From Bdellovibrionota bacterium (lineage in GTDB: Bacteria; Bdellovibrionota_G; JALEGL01; DATDPG01): a stretch of 64,000 nt of DNA. Made by a program: the position numbers and the translations under genes. This document shows positions 23,837 to 34,008 of this stretch, piece by piece; within the stretch, counting starts at the first letter, position 1; every line of letters begins with the position of its first letter. The DNA lies in assembly GCA_963668355.1 (NCBI GenBank), contig OY764265.1, forward strand, positions 320,001-384,000, given 5' to 3'. The notes beneath the pieces are model-generated. The model was not told the origin of the DNA. It was given only the letters and a program-made list of their open reading frames with translations, and did not search any database.

Positions 23837-24001
23837 AAAAAATAACGGGGTTACTGCCCAGGGTTCAGTGCTCGGCGATCAATAAAACGTAAAACACTCT
23901 CTCTCAACTACAACACCAACATCAGCTTAACTCAACGCACTGCTTCTAACTCTTGGTTTAGACCACGCTTAGAGCACTGAACACCTGGCATTAACCCCGT
24001 T
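23837..24001 (-). ncRNA. Candidate ~165-nt hairpin RNA (6S-like sRNA or selA leader)
   Basis: 23844-23873 pairs with 23972-24001 (~28 bp); T7 tract follows on the minus strand; promoter-like site upstream. Confidence 0.5.
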
Positions 24002-24021
24002 ACAAGCACTGTATGCCATAT

Positions 24022-24049
24022 ATGCTAGCGTATTGCAATATAATGTCAA
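24022..24049 (-). promoter_or_regulatory. Putative sigma70 promoter for the hairpin RNA
   Basis: TTGACA-N16-TAGCAT; palindrome TATTGCAATA in the spacer (24031-24040). Confidence 0.45.
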
Positions 24050-24142
24050 CATACTAACTAATTATTTTCGTGGAATTTTTTTTTTGCCTCTCCTATATTC
24101 CGGCCAACCAGAAACCTGATCCTTACGCGAGGCCCCATAAAA

Positions 24143-26215
24143 ATGCTGTCCAAAGCCCCCCAAATCCTGAAACAACTCAATGACTCAGTGCGTACAAGAT
24201 TGATCGGCCTTCCTGAAAGCACGCCCTTTTCTCCCCCCGCTCGCCCTCATCTCCATAAAGCCGCACCGCCCTTAGAAACAGAACCGGTCGCTGAACTTTC
24301 GGCCGCGCTCAAGAAAACCCTTACCCACTTGCATACGCTGCAACATGAAGCGGGTTATTGGGAAGCCGCCGTGTTTGACAACCCCACCATTACTTCTGAG
24401 TACGTCATGTTTCTCCAATTCCTGGGAATTTTGGATGAAGACATTCGGCTCCGGGCCAAAAATTATTTATGGGAAACGCAAACCAATCGGGGAGGTTGGA
24501 CCCTTTATCACGGCGGACCCGAAGAACATTCAGCCACCATCGAGGCGTATTTCACACTGAAGCTCTGCGGGGTCGATCAAAATGATCCACGCATGATCCA
24601 AGCCAAAAAACTGATTTTGGAAAAAGGAGGAATTGAAACCTCCCGCATCTTTACCAAAATCAACCTGGCCATGTTCGGAGAATATTCCTGGGAAAAAATT
24701 CCCTGCATCAGCCCCGAACTCATGCTCCAACCTCGAAAAACACCTTTTAATATTTATGAATTTTCCAGTTGGTCCCGAGCGGTCATTATTCCGCTCTTGA
24801 TCATCTTTGATCAAAAACCGACGGCTCCTTTGAAGGAAAACGAAAAACTTGGAGAGTTATGGGAGGGCTTGACCCAACCTTCGAGACGAAAGCAAATCCA
24901 AGAATTTCTTTTGGACAAGAAATGGAACCTCGAAAAGATCTTTCGACTCGTGCAAGCCGGTCTCTTCATCTACGAAAAAAGTCCCATCAAACCGCTTCGG
25001 CAAAAAGCCTTAAAAATGGCTGAGAAATGGATTTTGGAGCATCAAGATCCCAATGGAAATTGGGGCGGCATTTTTCCGGCCATGACCAACGCGCTGGTCG
25101 CCTTGAAACTTAGAGGATACCCTCTTTCGCATCCCCGAATGGTCAAAGGGTTAAGCATGTTACGATCCTTTGCAGACGAGACTGAATCAACCATTCGCGT
25201 TCAGTCGACAGTTTCTCCGGTATGGGACACCGCCATCACAACCTATGCCATGCAAGAAACCGGCGTTCCCCCAACCGATGTCCGAGTCCAAAAATCCGTA
25301 CAATGGCTTTTGAATAAACAGATTACACAGGTTTTGGGAGACTGGAGATTTAAGGCTTCCTCCAATACACCTCCGGGAGGATGGCCCTTTGAACACGAGA
25401 ATGACCAATATCCCGATTTGGATGATACGGCCCTGACCATTCTGGCCCTACTTCCCTCCGAACAATTAAAAAAATCCGACACCCATTTAAGAAGCGCCAT
25501 TGACCGCGGCATTGAATGGATGCTCGGCATGCAAGGTTCAGATGGTGGATGGGGCGCTTTTGATCGAGACAATAACCGACAAATCATCAACCAAATTCCG
25601 TTTTCGGATTTAAAATCTTTATTGGACCCGAGCACCCCAGATGTCACGGCCCACGTCATGGAAGCCTTAGGCGCGGCTCATTTTGATCTCCAAAGCAAAC
25701 CTATTCAAAAGGCGCTAAGATTTCTCCGCACCACCCAAGAAGAAAACGGTTCATGGTTTGGTCGATGGGGGGTCAATTATATTTATGGCACCGGTGCGGT
25801 CTTAAGTGCGCTTCATGTCCTAGGGGTCGACATGAACCAAGACTACATCCAAAAGTCCCGAAACTGGCTCCTTAGCCTTCAAAACGCAGACGGTGGATGG
25901 GGAGAATCATGTGCCTCCTATGATGTGAACCACTACGTTCCCCTCGGCTATTCGACGGCCAGTCAAACAGCATGGGCCATTTTAGCCTTATTGGCTTGCC
26001 CACCCGAAGATGCCACGCCTCTTGAAGAAGGGGTCCGATATCTTTTGAAAAATCAAACCGAAGATGGCGAATGGAAAGAGCCTGAGTGGACGGGAACCGG
26101 ATTCCCCAAACACTTTTACCTTCGGTACGACTATTACCGCCTGTATTTTCCTCTGCTTGCCTTGGGAAGATATGCGGAGACTCAGACCCACAAGCATTCG
26201 TCGCCAAGCAAATAA
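24143..26215 (+). CDS. shc: Squalene-hopene cyclase
   Basis: YPDLDDTA (DXDD), QW repeats (QGSDGGW, QNADGGWGE), WFGRWGVNY, GTGFP. Confidence 0.95.
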   Translation: MLSKAPQILKQLNDSVRTRLIGLPESTPFSPPARPHLHKAAPPLETEPVAELSAALKKTLTHLHTLQHEAGYWEAAVFDNPTITSEYVMFLQFLGILDEDIRLRAKNYLWETQTNRGGWTLYHGGPEEHSATIEAYFTLKLCGVDQNDPRMIQAKKLILEKGGIETSRIFTKINLAMFGEYSWEKIPCISPELMLQPRKTPFNIYEFSSWSRAVIIPLLIIFDQKPTAPLKENEKLGELWEGLTQPSRRKQIQEFLLDKKWNLEKIFRLVQAGLFIYEKSPIKPLRQKALKMAEKWILEHQDPNGNWGGIFPAMTNALVALKLRGYPLSHPRMVKGLSMLRSFADETESTIRVQSTVSPVWDTAITTYAMQETGVPPTDVRVQKSVQWLLNKQITQVLGDWRFKASSNTPPGGWPFEHENDQYPDLDDTALTILALLPSEQLKKSDTHLRSAIDRGIEWMLGMQGSDGGWGAFDRDNNRQIINQIPFSDLKSLLDPSTPDVTAHVMEALGAAHFDLQSKPIQKALRFLRTTQEENGSWFGRWGVNYIYGTGAVLSALHVLGVDMNQDYIQKSRNWLLSLQNADGGWGESCASYDVNHYVPLGYSTASQTAWAILALLACPPEDATPLEEGVRYLLKNQTEDGEWKEPEWTGTGFPKHFYLRYDYYRLYFPLLALGRYAETQTHKHSSPSK

Positions 26216-26259
26216 ACCGTTTCCTTCAACTGGAACGCGCGCTAAGTTAGCGGTTACTC

Positions 26260-26928
26260 ATGAGGCCGTCTTCAGAGAAAAGAAAGTTTGGACGCATTCA
26301 ACATGTCTTCTCGGTGTCCGTTGAATTTCAAAACCAAACCTTCGAAGCTGAACTTCAAAGCCTTTCCAAGGAAGGCGCATCTCTCACGTCCATCCATCTT
26401 CCCGTTTCGCTTCACGACCAAGTCAAACTAGGCATTGAGCACTCCTCGAACCCAAACATCGAGCTTCAAGCCAAAATCATTTGGGTCAAAGAAGAAGAAC
26501 AACCTCCCGTGTTTGGCGTGAAATTTGAGTCCCCCTCTTCGAGTCAGGAAGGGAAAATTCTTTCCTTGATGAAAGATTTCTTGAACGACTCTCCCCGAGG
26601 GGGGAGAAGACATCCTCGAATCTCACGAAGAGTACCTGCGCGTTTTAGTGAAGAAGAAGAACTCAAAGCCATGTTGGAAAACATTTCTTTGGGAGGGCTT
26701 GCACTCATTGTGGAAACTCCGTTGCAACCTCAAGATCAGATCGAAGTTGAAATCTTTCCCTCACCGAGCTCTCCGCCTTTGATCGTCGGCGGTCGCGTGG
26801 TCTACTGCACATCCGTCAAACAAACGGGAAGATCTGCCTACCGTGTCGGCGTGGAATTCAAGGAACTTACAGAAAAAACGCTCTCAGAAATCCAACAACT
26901 TATGGATCGTTTAATGGAACTTACTTAG
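26260..26928 (+). CDS. Tandem PilZ domain protein
   Basis: RKFGR...SLSKEG and RRHPR...NISLGG motifs. Confidence 0.85.
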   Translation: MRPSSEKRKFGRIQHVFSVSVEFQNQTFEAELQSLSKEGASLTSIHLPVSLHDQVKLGIEHSSNPNIELQAKIIWVKEEEQPPVFGVKFESPSSSQEGKILSLMKDFLNDSPRGGRRHPRISRRVPARFSEEEELKAMLENISLGGLALIVETPLQPQDQIEVEIFPSPSSPPLIVGGRVVYCTSVKQTGRSAYRVGVEFKELTEKTLSEIQQLMDRLMELT

Positions 26929-27862
26929 GCGGAAACTCTTTGTTCAGCCAGGTCTTGGCCAAGGCATATAAATTAGGTCGTTGGTTCTTTTCTAACTCTT
27001 TCATTAAACCGTCATCGCCTCGACAGGCTTTCATCATATGGGTGTTCACACGCGCCTCCATCACTTCCGCCAATTCGTGGAAATTTCTTCGAAAGCGCTC
27101 AGTAGGGGGAAGACCTTTTTCCCGAATATTTTCTTGATGACGCTCGATGCCTTCCCAAAGTTCTTCCACGCCCACGCCTTTCACGGCTTCCATCATGACA
27201 ATGGGCGGTTTCCACGTCAGTTCTCGAGGTGAAAGCATCAAAGAGGTCTCGATTTCGCGAGCAATCAAGTCTGCTCCAGGTCGATCTTTTTTATTCACCA
27301 CATACACATGCGCAATTTCTAAAATACCTGCTTTCAACGTCTGAATGGCATCCCCGGCTTCCGGAACCAGGACCACCACAGTAGTATCTGCAATGTCTGC
27401 AACTGCCACCTCACTCTGTCCTGCCCCCACCGTTTCCAAGAGGATGACATCAATTCCAAAGGCATCCAGCAATTGTACCAACGCTCGTGTCGAGAATGAA
27501 AGCCCTCCACTCCTTCCACGACTGCCCACACTACGAATATAGACGTCCTTGTCTTCGCTATGCCGTTGCATTCGAACACGATCACCCAAAACCGCCCCGC
27601 CCGTAAATGGGCTGGAGGGATCGACGGCCACAACCCCAACGGTTTTCCCTTGTTTGCGAATCCACGTGATCAACTGATCAATCATCGTGCTTTTCCCGGC
27701 ACCGGCTGGTCCTGTCACTCCGACCGTCAAAGCTCTGCCCGTATAGGGCCAAATCTCCGCCAGCAACTCGAAAGACTCTTCGCTTTTTTCTTCCACCAAA
27801 CTCAAGAGACGAGCAAGGGCACGCCGGTCTCCTTTCCTCATTCTCTCGACTAAGTCACTCAC
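26921..27862 (-). CDS. meaB: MeaB/ArgK family GTPase
   Basis: GVTGPAGAGKST, VDPSSPFTGGAVLGDRVRM, ETVGAGQSE; GTG start overlaps the purQ stop. Confidence 0.9.
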   Translation of the reverse strand: MSDLVERMRKGDRRALARLLSLVEEKSEESFELLAEIWPYTGRALTVGVTGPAGAGKSTMIDQLITWIRKQGKTVGVVAVDPSSPFTGGAVLGDRVRMQRHSEDKDVYIRSVGSRGRSGGLSFSTRALVQLLDAFGIDVILLETVGAGQSEVAVADIADTTVVVLVPEAGDAIQTLKAGILEIAHVYVVNKKDRPGADLIAREIETSLMLSPRELTWKPPIVMMEAVKGVGVEELWEGIERHQENIREKGLPPTERFRRNFHELAEVMEARVNTHMMKACRGDDGLMKELEKNQRPNLYALAKTWLNKEFPPK

Positions 27863-28527
27863 AAATGGGCCGCCAAACAATGAAACATTTTCAAACCGTC
27901 TGTGTTTTCTAACAAACTCTCTGCACATCGATCAGGATGAGGCATGAGTCCCATCACATTTCCTTTCCGGTTTGTGATCCCGGCGATGCGGGAAACCGAA
28001 CCATTAACATTTTCTTTGTAGCGAAGCGCAACTTGATCTTGGTCTTCTAATTTCTTGCGCATGTCTTCGTCACAAACATATCGCCCTTCTGAATGAGCAA
28101 TGGGCATCGTGAGTTCCTCACCGATTTCAAGTTGATCCAAAAAAATGGAACGATTGGACGCGACTTCGAGTTGAACATCTTCACATTGAAATTGAAGGCT
28201 TTCATTTTTGGTGAGAGCTCCTGGCAAAAACCCAGCCTCCACAAGAATTTGAAAGCCATTGCAGATGCCCAAGACCGGTTTTCCTTGGTCGATGAAGGAA
28301 TGAAGACTTTCGACCGTGGGAGACAATTTAGCCAAGGCCCCAGCGCGAAGATAGTCGCCATAGGAAAAGCCTCCAGGGAGAAGAACCGCGTGATACGCAT
28401 CGGGAACCCGCTCACCGTACCAATGAAAATGGGTGGAAAAGCCCATGGAGGTCTCGGCTGCATGAAAAACATCCCGATCACAGTTTGAACCCGGAAAAAC
28501 CACAACGGCTATTTTTGTTCCTGCCAT
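27859..28527 (-). CDS. purQ: FGAM synthase glutaminase subunit
   Basis: FPGSNCD, PGGFSYGDYLRAG, GICNGFQ, MPHPDR. Confidence 0.95.
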   Translation of the reverse strand: MAGTKIAVVVFPGSNCDRDVFHAAETSMGFSTHFHWYGERVPDAYHAVLLPGGFSYGDYLRAGALAKLSPTVESLHSFIDQGKPVLGICNGFQILVEAGFLPGALTKNESLQFQCEDVQLEVASNRSIFLDQLEIGEELTMPIAHSEGRYVCDEDMRKKLEDQDQVALRYKENVNGSVSRIAGITNRKGNVMGLMPHPDRCAESLLENTDGLKMFHCLAAHL

Positions 28528-28564
28528 AAGGCTTGCCACAATAAGCAAATTTGACGAATATTCA

Positions 28565-29152
28565 ATGTGTATGAAGGTGATCGGCCTAACTGGGGGAATT
28601 GCTTGTGGAAAAACCTTGGCGACGAAGAGATTTCAAGCCAAAGAGATCCCTGTCATTGATACGGACCAAGTCGCACGGCAGCTACTCACTCATTCCAAAG
28701 AGATTCAAAAACAAGTAAAGATGGCCTTTGGCACATGTGAACGAGCCGAACTCCGAAAACGCATTTTTAATGATTCGAATCAGCGAAAAAAACTGGAAAC
28801 AATTCTTCACCCTGAAATCCATCGGGTTGTGAAAGACCGGCTTGAGGACCTTCGGAAAACAAGCCCTTCCACGGATTTGGCCGTGGTCGTGGTTCCCCTT
28901 CTCTTCGAAGCCGGGTGGGAATCGCATTTTGACTCGATTCTTTCCATCATCTGCGGGGCCACAGAGCAAATCACACGATTGGTCGCGCGAGATGAAATCT
29001 CAAACGAATTGGCTCAAAAAATGGTCAGCGCCCAGCTTTCAAACTCCGAGAAAGCAAAACGCTCTGACTTTTCCTTGACCAATGATGGAGACATCCCTTC
29101 TTTCGAGAAAGCCGTGGATCACCTGATCCAAGAACTTCAGCAAAGTGCCTAG
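28565..29152 (+). CDS. coaE: Dephospho-CoA kinase
   Basis: IGLTGGIACGKT, LETILHP, VPLLFE. Confidence 0.93.
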   Translation: MCMKVIGLTGGIACGKTLATKRFQAKEIPVIDTDQVARQLLTHSKEIQKQVKMAFGTCERAELRKRIFNDSNQRKKLETILHPEIHRVVKDRLEDLRKTSPSTDLAVVVVPLLFEAGWESHFDSILSIICGATEQITRLVARDEISNELAQKMVSAQLSNSEKAKRSDFSLTNDGDIPSFEKAVDHLIQELQQSA

Positions 29153-29158
29153 GAAGGA

Positions 29159-29503
29159 CTAGTGAACTTCTCGCTCTCCGGATTCGGTTTCCAAGCCATC
29201 CAGAAGCTGAAAATAACTAAAAATCATCGCATGTTGGACATCTCGACCCAATCCATTGATGAATTCTTTCTTTTCTTCAAACGAAGCCAACGAAAAGGTT
29301 CGGTTCAAAGCATCATTTACATCGTCCAAATGTTCTTCCAAGAGCTTTTTCAGTTCATCCGGATCCCTTTGAAAAGCCAACCGAATCGTTTGCGGGGCAA
29401 AAATTAAGTGATTGCCCTTTCGACCTTCGTCCAGGAGAAAGTGAAACTTTGCAATTTCGTGCATGGTCGAGTCTAAATTGATTTTGGACAAAAATTCGCT
29501 CAT
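29159..29503 (-). CDS. Hypothetical protein
   Basis: ORF following accD; ATG 29503 preferred; no recognisable family. Confidence 0.65.
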   Translation of the reverse strand: MSEFLSKINLDSTMHEIAKFHFLLDEGRKGNHLIFAPQTIRLAFQRDPDELKKLLEEHLDDVNDALNRTFSLASFEEKKEFINGLGRDVQHAMIFSYFQLLDGLETESGEREVH

Positions 29504-29562
29504 CACGCCGGATAATAGGCACGTTCCCTGCCGCGTCAAGGGGGTAAAAAAAACGAATATAA

Positions 29563-30432
29563 TCAGGATGAACGGGGGCTGAATCGATGATCTGTCGCCA
29601 TAGACAAGATGCGATAAAGGGTCTCCTTCAATTCGGATCGGGGAACAATTCGATCAATCATTCCATGATCCAAAAGAAAGTCAGAGCGCTGAAACCCTTC
29701 CGGCAGCTCTTCCTTAATCGTTTGTTGAATTACGCGTGGTCCCGCAAATCCAATCAATGCATTGGGCTCAGCTAAAATAACGTCACCCAGCATGGCACAG
29801 GACGCAGCCACGCCTCCCGTTGTAGGGTCAGTGAGGAAAGCAATGTAAGGGATTCCTTTTTTTCTCAATTGAGCCAGGGCTGCCGTAGATTTGGCCATCT
29901 GCATGAGAGAAAGGATTCCCTCTTGCATCCGAGCTCCGCCACTGGACGTGATCACAATGCAGGGCTTTTCCTCATGAAGGGCCAATTCAAACGTTCGGGT
30001 CAATTTTTCACCCGCAACAGACCCCATGCTGCCGCCCATGTATTTGAACACAAAGGTTCCAACCACAATATCAAGATCGCGAATTCGACCCCGTCCAAAA
30101 ATATAGGATTCCTTCTCTCCCCCCAATTTATCCATGGACTTGATTCGATCGCGGTACTTCTTTTGATCCCGAAATTCCAATGGGTCGGTCGGGGAGATAT
30201 CCATGCTCAATTCTTCAAACGACTCGGGTTCCAAAAAGATCTTCAGCCGATCTCGCGCATTCATCCGAAAGTGATGTTGACACTTTGGGCATACCGAAAG
30301 GTTTTTCACAATATCTTCTTGAAAAACAATTTCGGTGCATTGCGGACACTTCGTCCACAGCCCTTCTTGAAAACCTTCTTTTTTCGCCGGAGATGAAATC
30401 TTCGGCGGCCTTAATTTATCAATCCATGACAT
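29563..30432 (-). CDS. accD: Acetyl-CoA carboxylase carboxyltransferase beta subunit
   Basis: Zinc finger (CPQC/CPKC), GGSMG, SGGARMQEG, GFAGPRVI. Confidence 0.97.
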   Translation of the reverse strand: MSWIDKLRPPKISSPAKKEGFQEGLWTKCPQCTEIVFQEDIVKNLSVCPKCQHHFRMNARDRLKIFLEPESFEELSMDISPTDPLEFRDQKKYRDRIKSMDKLGGEKESYIFGRGRIRDLDIVVGTFVFKYMGGSMGSVAGEKLTRTFELALHEEKPCIVITSSGGARMQEGILSLMQMAKSTAALAQLRKKGIPYIAFLTDPTTGGVAASCAMLGDVILAEPNALIGFAGPRVIQQTIKEELPEGFQRSDFLLDHGMIDRIVPRSELKETLYRILSMATDHRFSPRSS

Positions 30433-30434
30433 CG

Positions 30435-31697
30435 TTACTTCACAAATTCCCGTTCGATCTTTGCTCCAACCGAACTCAATTTGCGCTCCATGTTCTCATA
30501 CCCACGATCCAAATGATAGATGCGGGACACTTCCGTTTTTCCTTCCGCTGCGAGTCCCGCTAAAACCAGAGACGCACTAGCCCTTAAATCTGTAGCCATC
30601 ACAGGGGCCCCTCTGAGCGAGGGAACGCCAATCACCGTGGCCGATGAATCTCGAATGTGAAGATTGGCTCCCATCCGTAACAACTCGGCCACATGCATGT
30701 ATCGATTCTCAAAAATTCTTTCCGTCACGGTGCTCGCACCGTTTGCAAAACACAGTAAAACCATCAATTGGGCCTGCATATCTGTGGGAAAACCGGGATA
30801 TGGAGCCGTTTCCACATGTGCGGGTTGAATCGGTCGCTTTCCTCGAACCCGGATTCCATTCGAATCCTCTTCAATCACGGTCCCAATCTCACGCATTTTT
30901 GCAATGACCGCCTGCAAATGAGAAGCGTTCGCCCCTCTCAAGAAGACATTTCCCTCCGTCAGGGCCCCGGCCACCATATACGTGCCCGTTTCAATGCGGT
31001 CGGGAATGAGTTCTACATCATACCCTCCCAACCTTTCGACCCCTTCCACCTGAATCGTCCGCGTCCCCGCTCCCTGGATATTGGCTCCCATTTGATTCAA
31101 CACTTCCGCAACGGCCGGCACTTCAGGCTCGCACGCACAATTTCGAAAAATGCTGGTTCCCTTAGCCAGAGAGGAAGCAATCATGGCATTGAGGGTTCCC
31201 GTCACGGTCACCAACTCAAAGAGAAAATCGGCTCCTTTCAATCGTGCAGCCTTGGCTTCAACGTAACCATCTTCCAATGCAATATTGGCCCCCAACGCTT
31301 CCAGAACCTTCAAGTGCTGATCAATGGGTCGCACACCGATCGCGCATCCACCGGGAAGTGAAACCCTAGCTACGCCTTCACGAGCCACCAACGGGCCCAA
31401 CAAGAGCACCGAAGCCCTCATTTTCCGAACAAAATCATAGGGAGCCTCAGAACCCGTCAAATCTTTGGCTTGAAATGAGATTTCCCGTTCGCCGCGTTCA
31501 ATTCTCACGCCCAAAACACGCAGAATATCCGCCATCGTATCAATATCTTTCAACGCGGGAACATTGCTCAAACGACATGGGGAAGACGTCAGCAAAGCCG
31601 TAGCCATGATGGGAAGAGCGGCATTTTTGGCTCCACTGATGGGGATTTCGCCCTCCAATCGATTTCCCCCAATCACGGTGATTTTTTCCAACGCCAT
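30435..31697 (-). CDS. murA: UDP-N-acetylglucosamine 1-carboxyvinyltransferase
   Basis: SGAKNAALP, LPGGCAIG, PGFPTDMQAQ, HLDRGYE. Confidence 0.98.
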   Translation of the reverse strand: MALEKITVIGGNRLEGEIPISGAKNAALPIMATALLTSSPCRLSNVPALKDIDTMADILRVLGVRIERGEREISFQAKDLTGSEAPYDFVRKMRASVLLLGPLVAREGVARVSLPGGCAIGVRPIDQHLKVLEALGANIALEDGYVEAKAARLKGADFLFELVTVTGTLNAMIASSLAKGTSIFRNCACEPEVPAVAEVLNQMGANIQGAGTRTIQVEGVERLGGYDVELIPDRIETGTYMVAGALTEGNVFLRGANASHLQAVIAKMREIGTVIEEDSNGIRVRGKRPIQPAHVETAPYPGFPTDMQAQLMVLLCFANGASTVTERIFENRYMHVAELLRMGANLHIRDSSATVIGVPSLRGAPVMATDLRASASLVLAGLAAEGKTEVSRIYHLDRGYENMERKLSSVGAKIEREFVK

Positions 31698-31698
31698 C

Positions 31699-32547
31699 TT
31701 AAAATCCTGTGCGCGCCTTTATGATTCTAGGAATACCGGACAAATCTTCTCGAATGCCCTCAACGGTATATCCCGCCTTCTCCAAAAGTTCAGAAACCAT
31801 GTTTTCCTGTCCCATCCCCATTTCCAAAAACAAAAAACCTTCCCTCAAACGATCTTTGGCGGAATCGATCAGAGCTCGAATGAATTTCAAACCATCTGTC
31901 CCTGCCTCTAAAGCTCGAAGAGGTTCAAAATCTCGAATCTCATGGGACAACGTCTTGATACTTTCTTCTGGAATGTATGGCAAATTTGCAACGATGAGAT
32001 CGAAATCCTCTTCGACCTCCCCAAGCAAGTCACTTTCGATAAAACGAATGTCCAAGCCGAGAGATTCCGCGTTCAAACGCGCGACGTCCAAAGCTTCTGC
32101 GGAAATATCTGTGGCCGTCATCTGAATGTTGGGACCATTTTTTTTCAAGGCCAATGCAATCGCGCCCGATCCCGTTCCCACATCGCACACTCGGGGTTCA
32201 GTCCACCCATGGGCTTCAATCCATTGCAACGCCTCATCGACCAGAAGCTCCGTTTCCGGCCGAGGAATCAAGACCCGTTCATCCACGGTTAACGGTAATG
32301 CATAAAACTCTCGTTCTTTTGTGAGATACGCCACAGGCGTTCCGGCTCTTCGTTTTTCGACCAAAGCGCGAAATCGATCTCTTTCTTCCTGGGTCACAGG
32401 TCGATCGTATTGGAGATAAAGCCCTACACGATCGGTGTTCAAAGCCGATGAAAGAAGAATTTCAGCCGAACGCCGAGGTCCGTCCAACCCCCGTCCCTGA
32501 AAATCTTCCGTAGCCCACTGAAGAAGTCGAGCCGCAGTCCAGGTCAC
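31699..32547 (-). CDS. prmC: Release factor glutamine methyltransferase
   Basis: VLIPRPETE, DVGTGSG, ANLPY; follows prfA. Confidence 0.95.
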   Translation of the reverse strand: MTWTAARLLQWATEDFQGRGLDGPRRSAEILLSSALNTDRVGLYLQYDRPVTQEERDRFRALVEKRRAGTPVAYLTKEREFYALPLTVDERVLIPRPETELLVDEALQWIEAHGWTEPRVCDVGTGSGAIALALKKNGPNIQMTATDISAEALDVARLNAESLGLDIRFIESDLLGEVEEDFDLIVANLPYIPEESIKTLSHEIRDFEPLRALEAGTDGLKFIRALIDSAKDRLREGFLFLEMGMGQENMVSELLEKAGYTVEGIREDLSGIPRIIKARTGF

Positions 32548-32548
32548 T

Positions 32549-33616
32549 TCAGCTCTCTTCCCCCTTCAACAATTCCATTTGATGCTGCGTGCGCAATTGG
32601 CTCACGACCTCATCCAGATCACCCTCTAACACCGCGTCTAAACGATGTAGTGTGAGGCCTATTCGGTGATCGGTGATTCGATTTTGTGGAAAGTTATACG
32701 TTCGAATCCGCTCACTTCGATCCCCAGAACCCACCATGGATCTCCTGGCACTCGTGATGCTTTCATTCTGTTTCGCCTGCTCCTGTTCCAAGAGTCTGGC
32801 TCGCAACACTTTCATGGCTTTGGCCTTATTCTTGTGCTGGGATTTTTCGTCCTGGCAAATGACAACCAAGCCGCTAGGAATATGCGTAATTCGCACCGCC
32901 GAATCGGTCGTGTTCACGCTCTGGCCCCCAGGGCCTCCGGCCCGCATCACATCGATTTTTAGTTCCTTCGGATCAATCTTGACATCCACGTCCTCGGCCT
33001 CAGGAAGAACGGCAACCGTAACCGCCGACGTATGAATCCGACCGGATGTTTCGGTTACCGGTACGCGCTGCACACGGTGTACGCCCCCCTCAAACTTAAG
33101 TTGGCTGTAAGCACCGTCGCCTTCCAATAAGACGATGGCCTCTTTTAGACCCCCAAGGCCCGTCTCATTCTTGGAAACAATGTCAACCTTCCAGCGTTTT
33201 CGTTCGGCAAATCGAAGATATAAACGAAAAAGTTCTGCAGCAAAGAGAGCGGCTTCTTCCCCTCCCGTACCTGCCCGAATTTCGATGAAAACGTTCTTTT
33301 CATCGTTGGGATCTTTCGGAAGCAGGAGAAGTTTCAACTCGCCTTCCAACTCTACTTTCTTCGTCTCCAGAATCTCGACCTCAGAGCGGGCCAAGTCTTC
33401 CATTTCTGGATCTCCACTGGAAAGAAGTTCGCGACTATCCGCCAACTCCTGTTCGACTTTTTGGTATTGACGAAAACAGCCTACAATTTGTTTTAAATCA
33501 GAAAACTCTTTGGAAATTTTTTGAAACTCATCCTGACGCGCAATGATTTTGGGATCCGAGAGCTTAGCAGACAACTCTTCGTACCGAGCTTCAACTTCCT
33601 TGAGTTTCGCAAACAT
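32549..33616 (-). CDS. prfA: Peptide chain release factor 1
   Basis: PVT motif, [13 protein letters not shown]. Confidence 0.98.
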   Translation of the reverse strand: MFAKLKEVEARYEELSAKLSDPKIIARQDEFQKISKEFSDLKQIVGCFRQYQKVEQELADSRELLSSGDPEMEDLARSEVEILETKKVELEGELKLLLLPKDPNDEKNVFIEIRAGTGGEEAALFAAELFRLYLRFAERKRWKVDIVSKNETGLGGLKEAIVLLEGDGAYSQLKFEGGVHRVQRVPVTETSGRIHTSAVTVAVLPEAEDVDVKIDPKELKIDVMRAGGPGGQSVNTTDSAVRITHIPSGLVVICQDEKSQHKNKAKAMKVLRARLLEQEQAKQNESITSARRSMVGSGDRSERIRTYNFPQNRITDHRIGLTLHRLDAVLEGDLDEVVSQLRTQHQMELLKGEES

Positions 33617-33643
33617 GTAGATGCGCCAGGAAGTACGCCAGAA

Positions 33644-33865
33644 CTAATTCTTTGACTTGCCCGTTGAAACGTTTGCGTATTTTTTTCGGAATCGTTCGAT
33701 TCGTCCGGCACTGTCGATCAATTTTTGAGTTCCTGTGAAAAAAGGATGACACTTGGAACAAATTTCTACAGAGATCTCAGATTGGGTGGATCGGGTGGGA
33801 ATCTCGTTGCCACACGCGCACCGGATGGTGGTCTCATTATATTTCGGATGGATCTTGTCTTTCAC
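33644..33865 (-). CDS. rpmE: 50S ribosomal protein L31 (zinc-binding type)
   Basis: [22 protein letters not shown] start with AAGGAG RBS. Confidence 0.96.
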   Translation of the reverse strand: MKDKIHPKYNETTIRCACGNEIPTRSTQSEISVEICSKCHPFFTGTQKLIDSAGRIERFRKKYANVSTGKSKN

Positions 33866-33892
33866 CTTAATTCTCCTTACAAGCGGTGGCGG

Positions 33893-33921
33893 CTTATAGC
33901 ATAGGGGCCGACGAGAGACAA
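33893..33921 (-). promoter_or_regulatory. Putative sigma70 promoter of rpmE-prfA-prmC-murA
   Basis: TTGTCT-N17-TATAAG with extended TGn. Confidence 0.55.
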
Positions 33922-34008
33922 CCTTCTCTCCACTTCTTCCCTCAAAATCCCCCAAAAGACATGAATTTCCCTGGCCAGATGCTTAAGTTCATGAAATGAA
34001 AGGGAGAT

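Noticed and set aside
22375..24001. tRNA-Sec or UGA-recoded selenoprotein near selA
   Set aside because: No TCA-anticodon cloverleaf found; the recognised genes, including nfuA, are complete without UGA readthrough.
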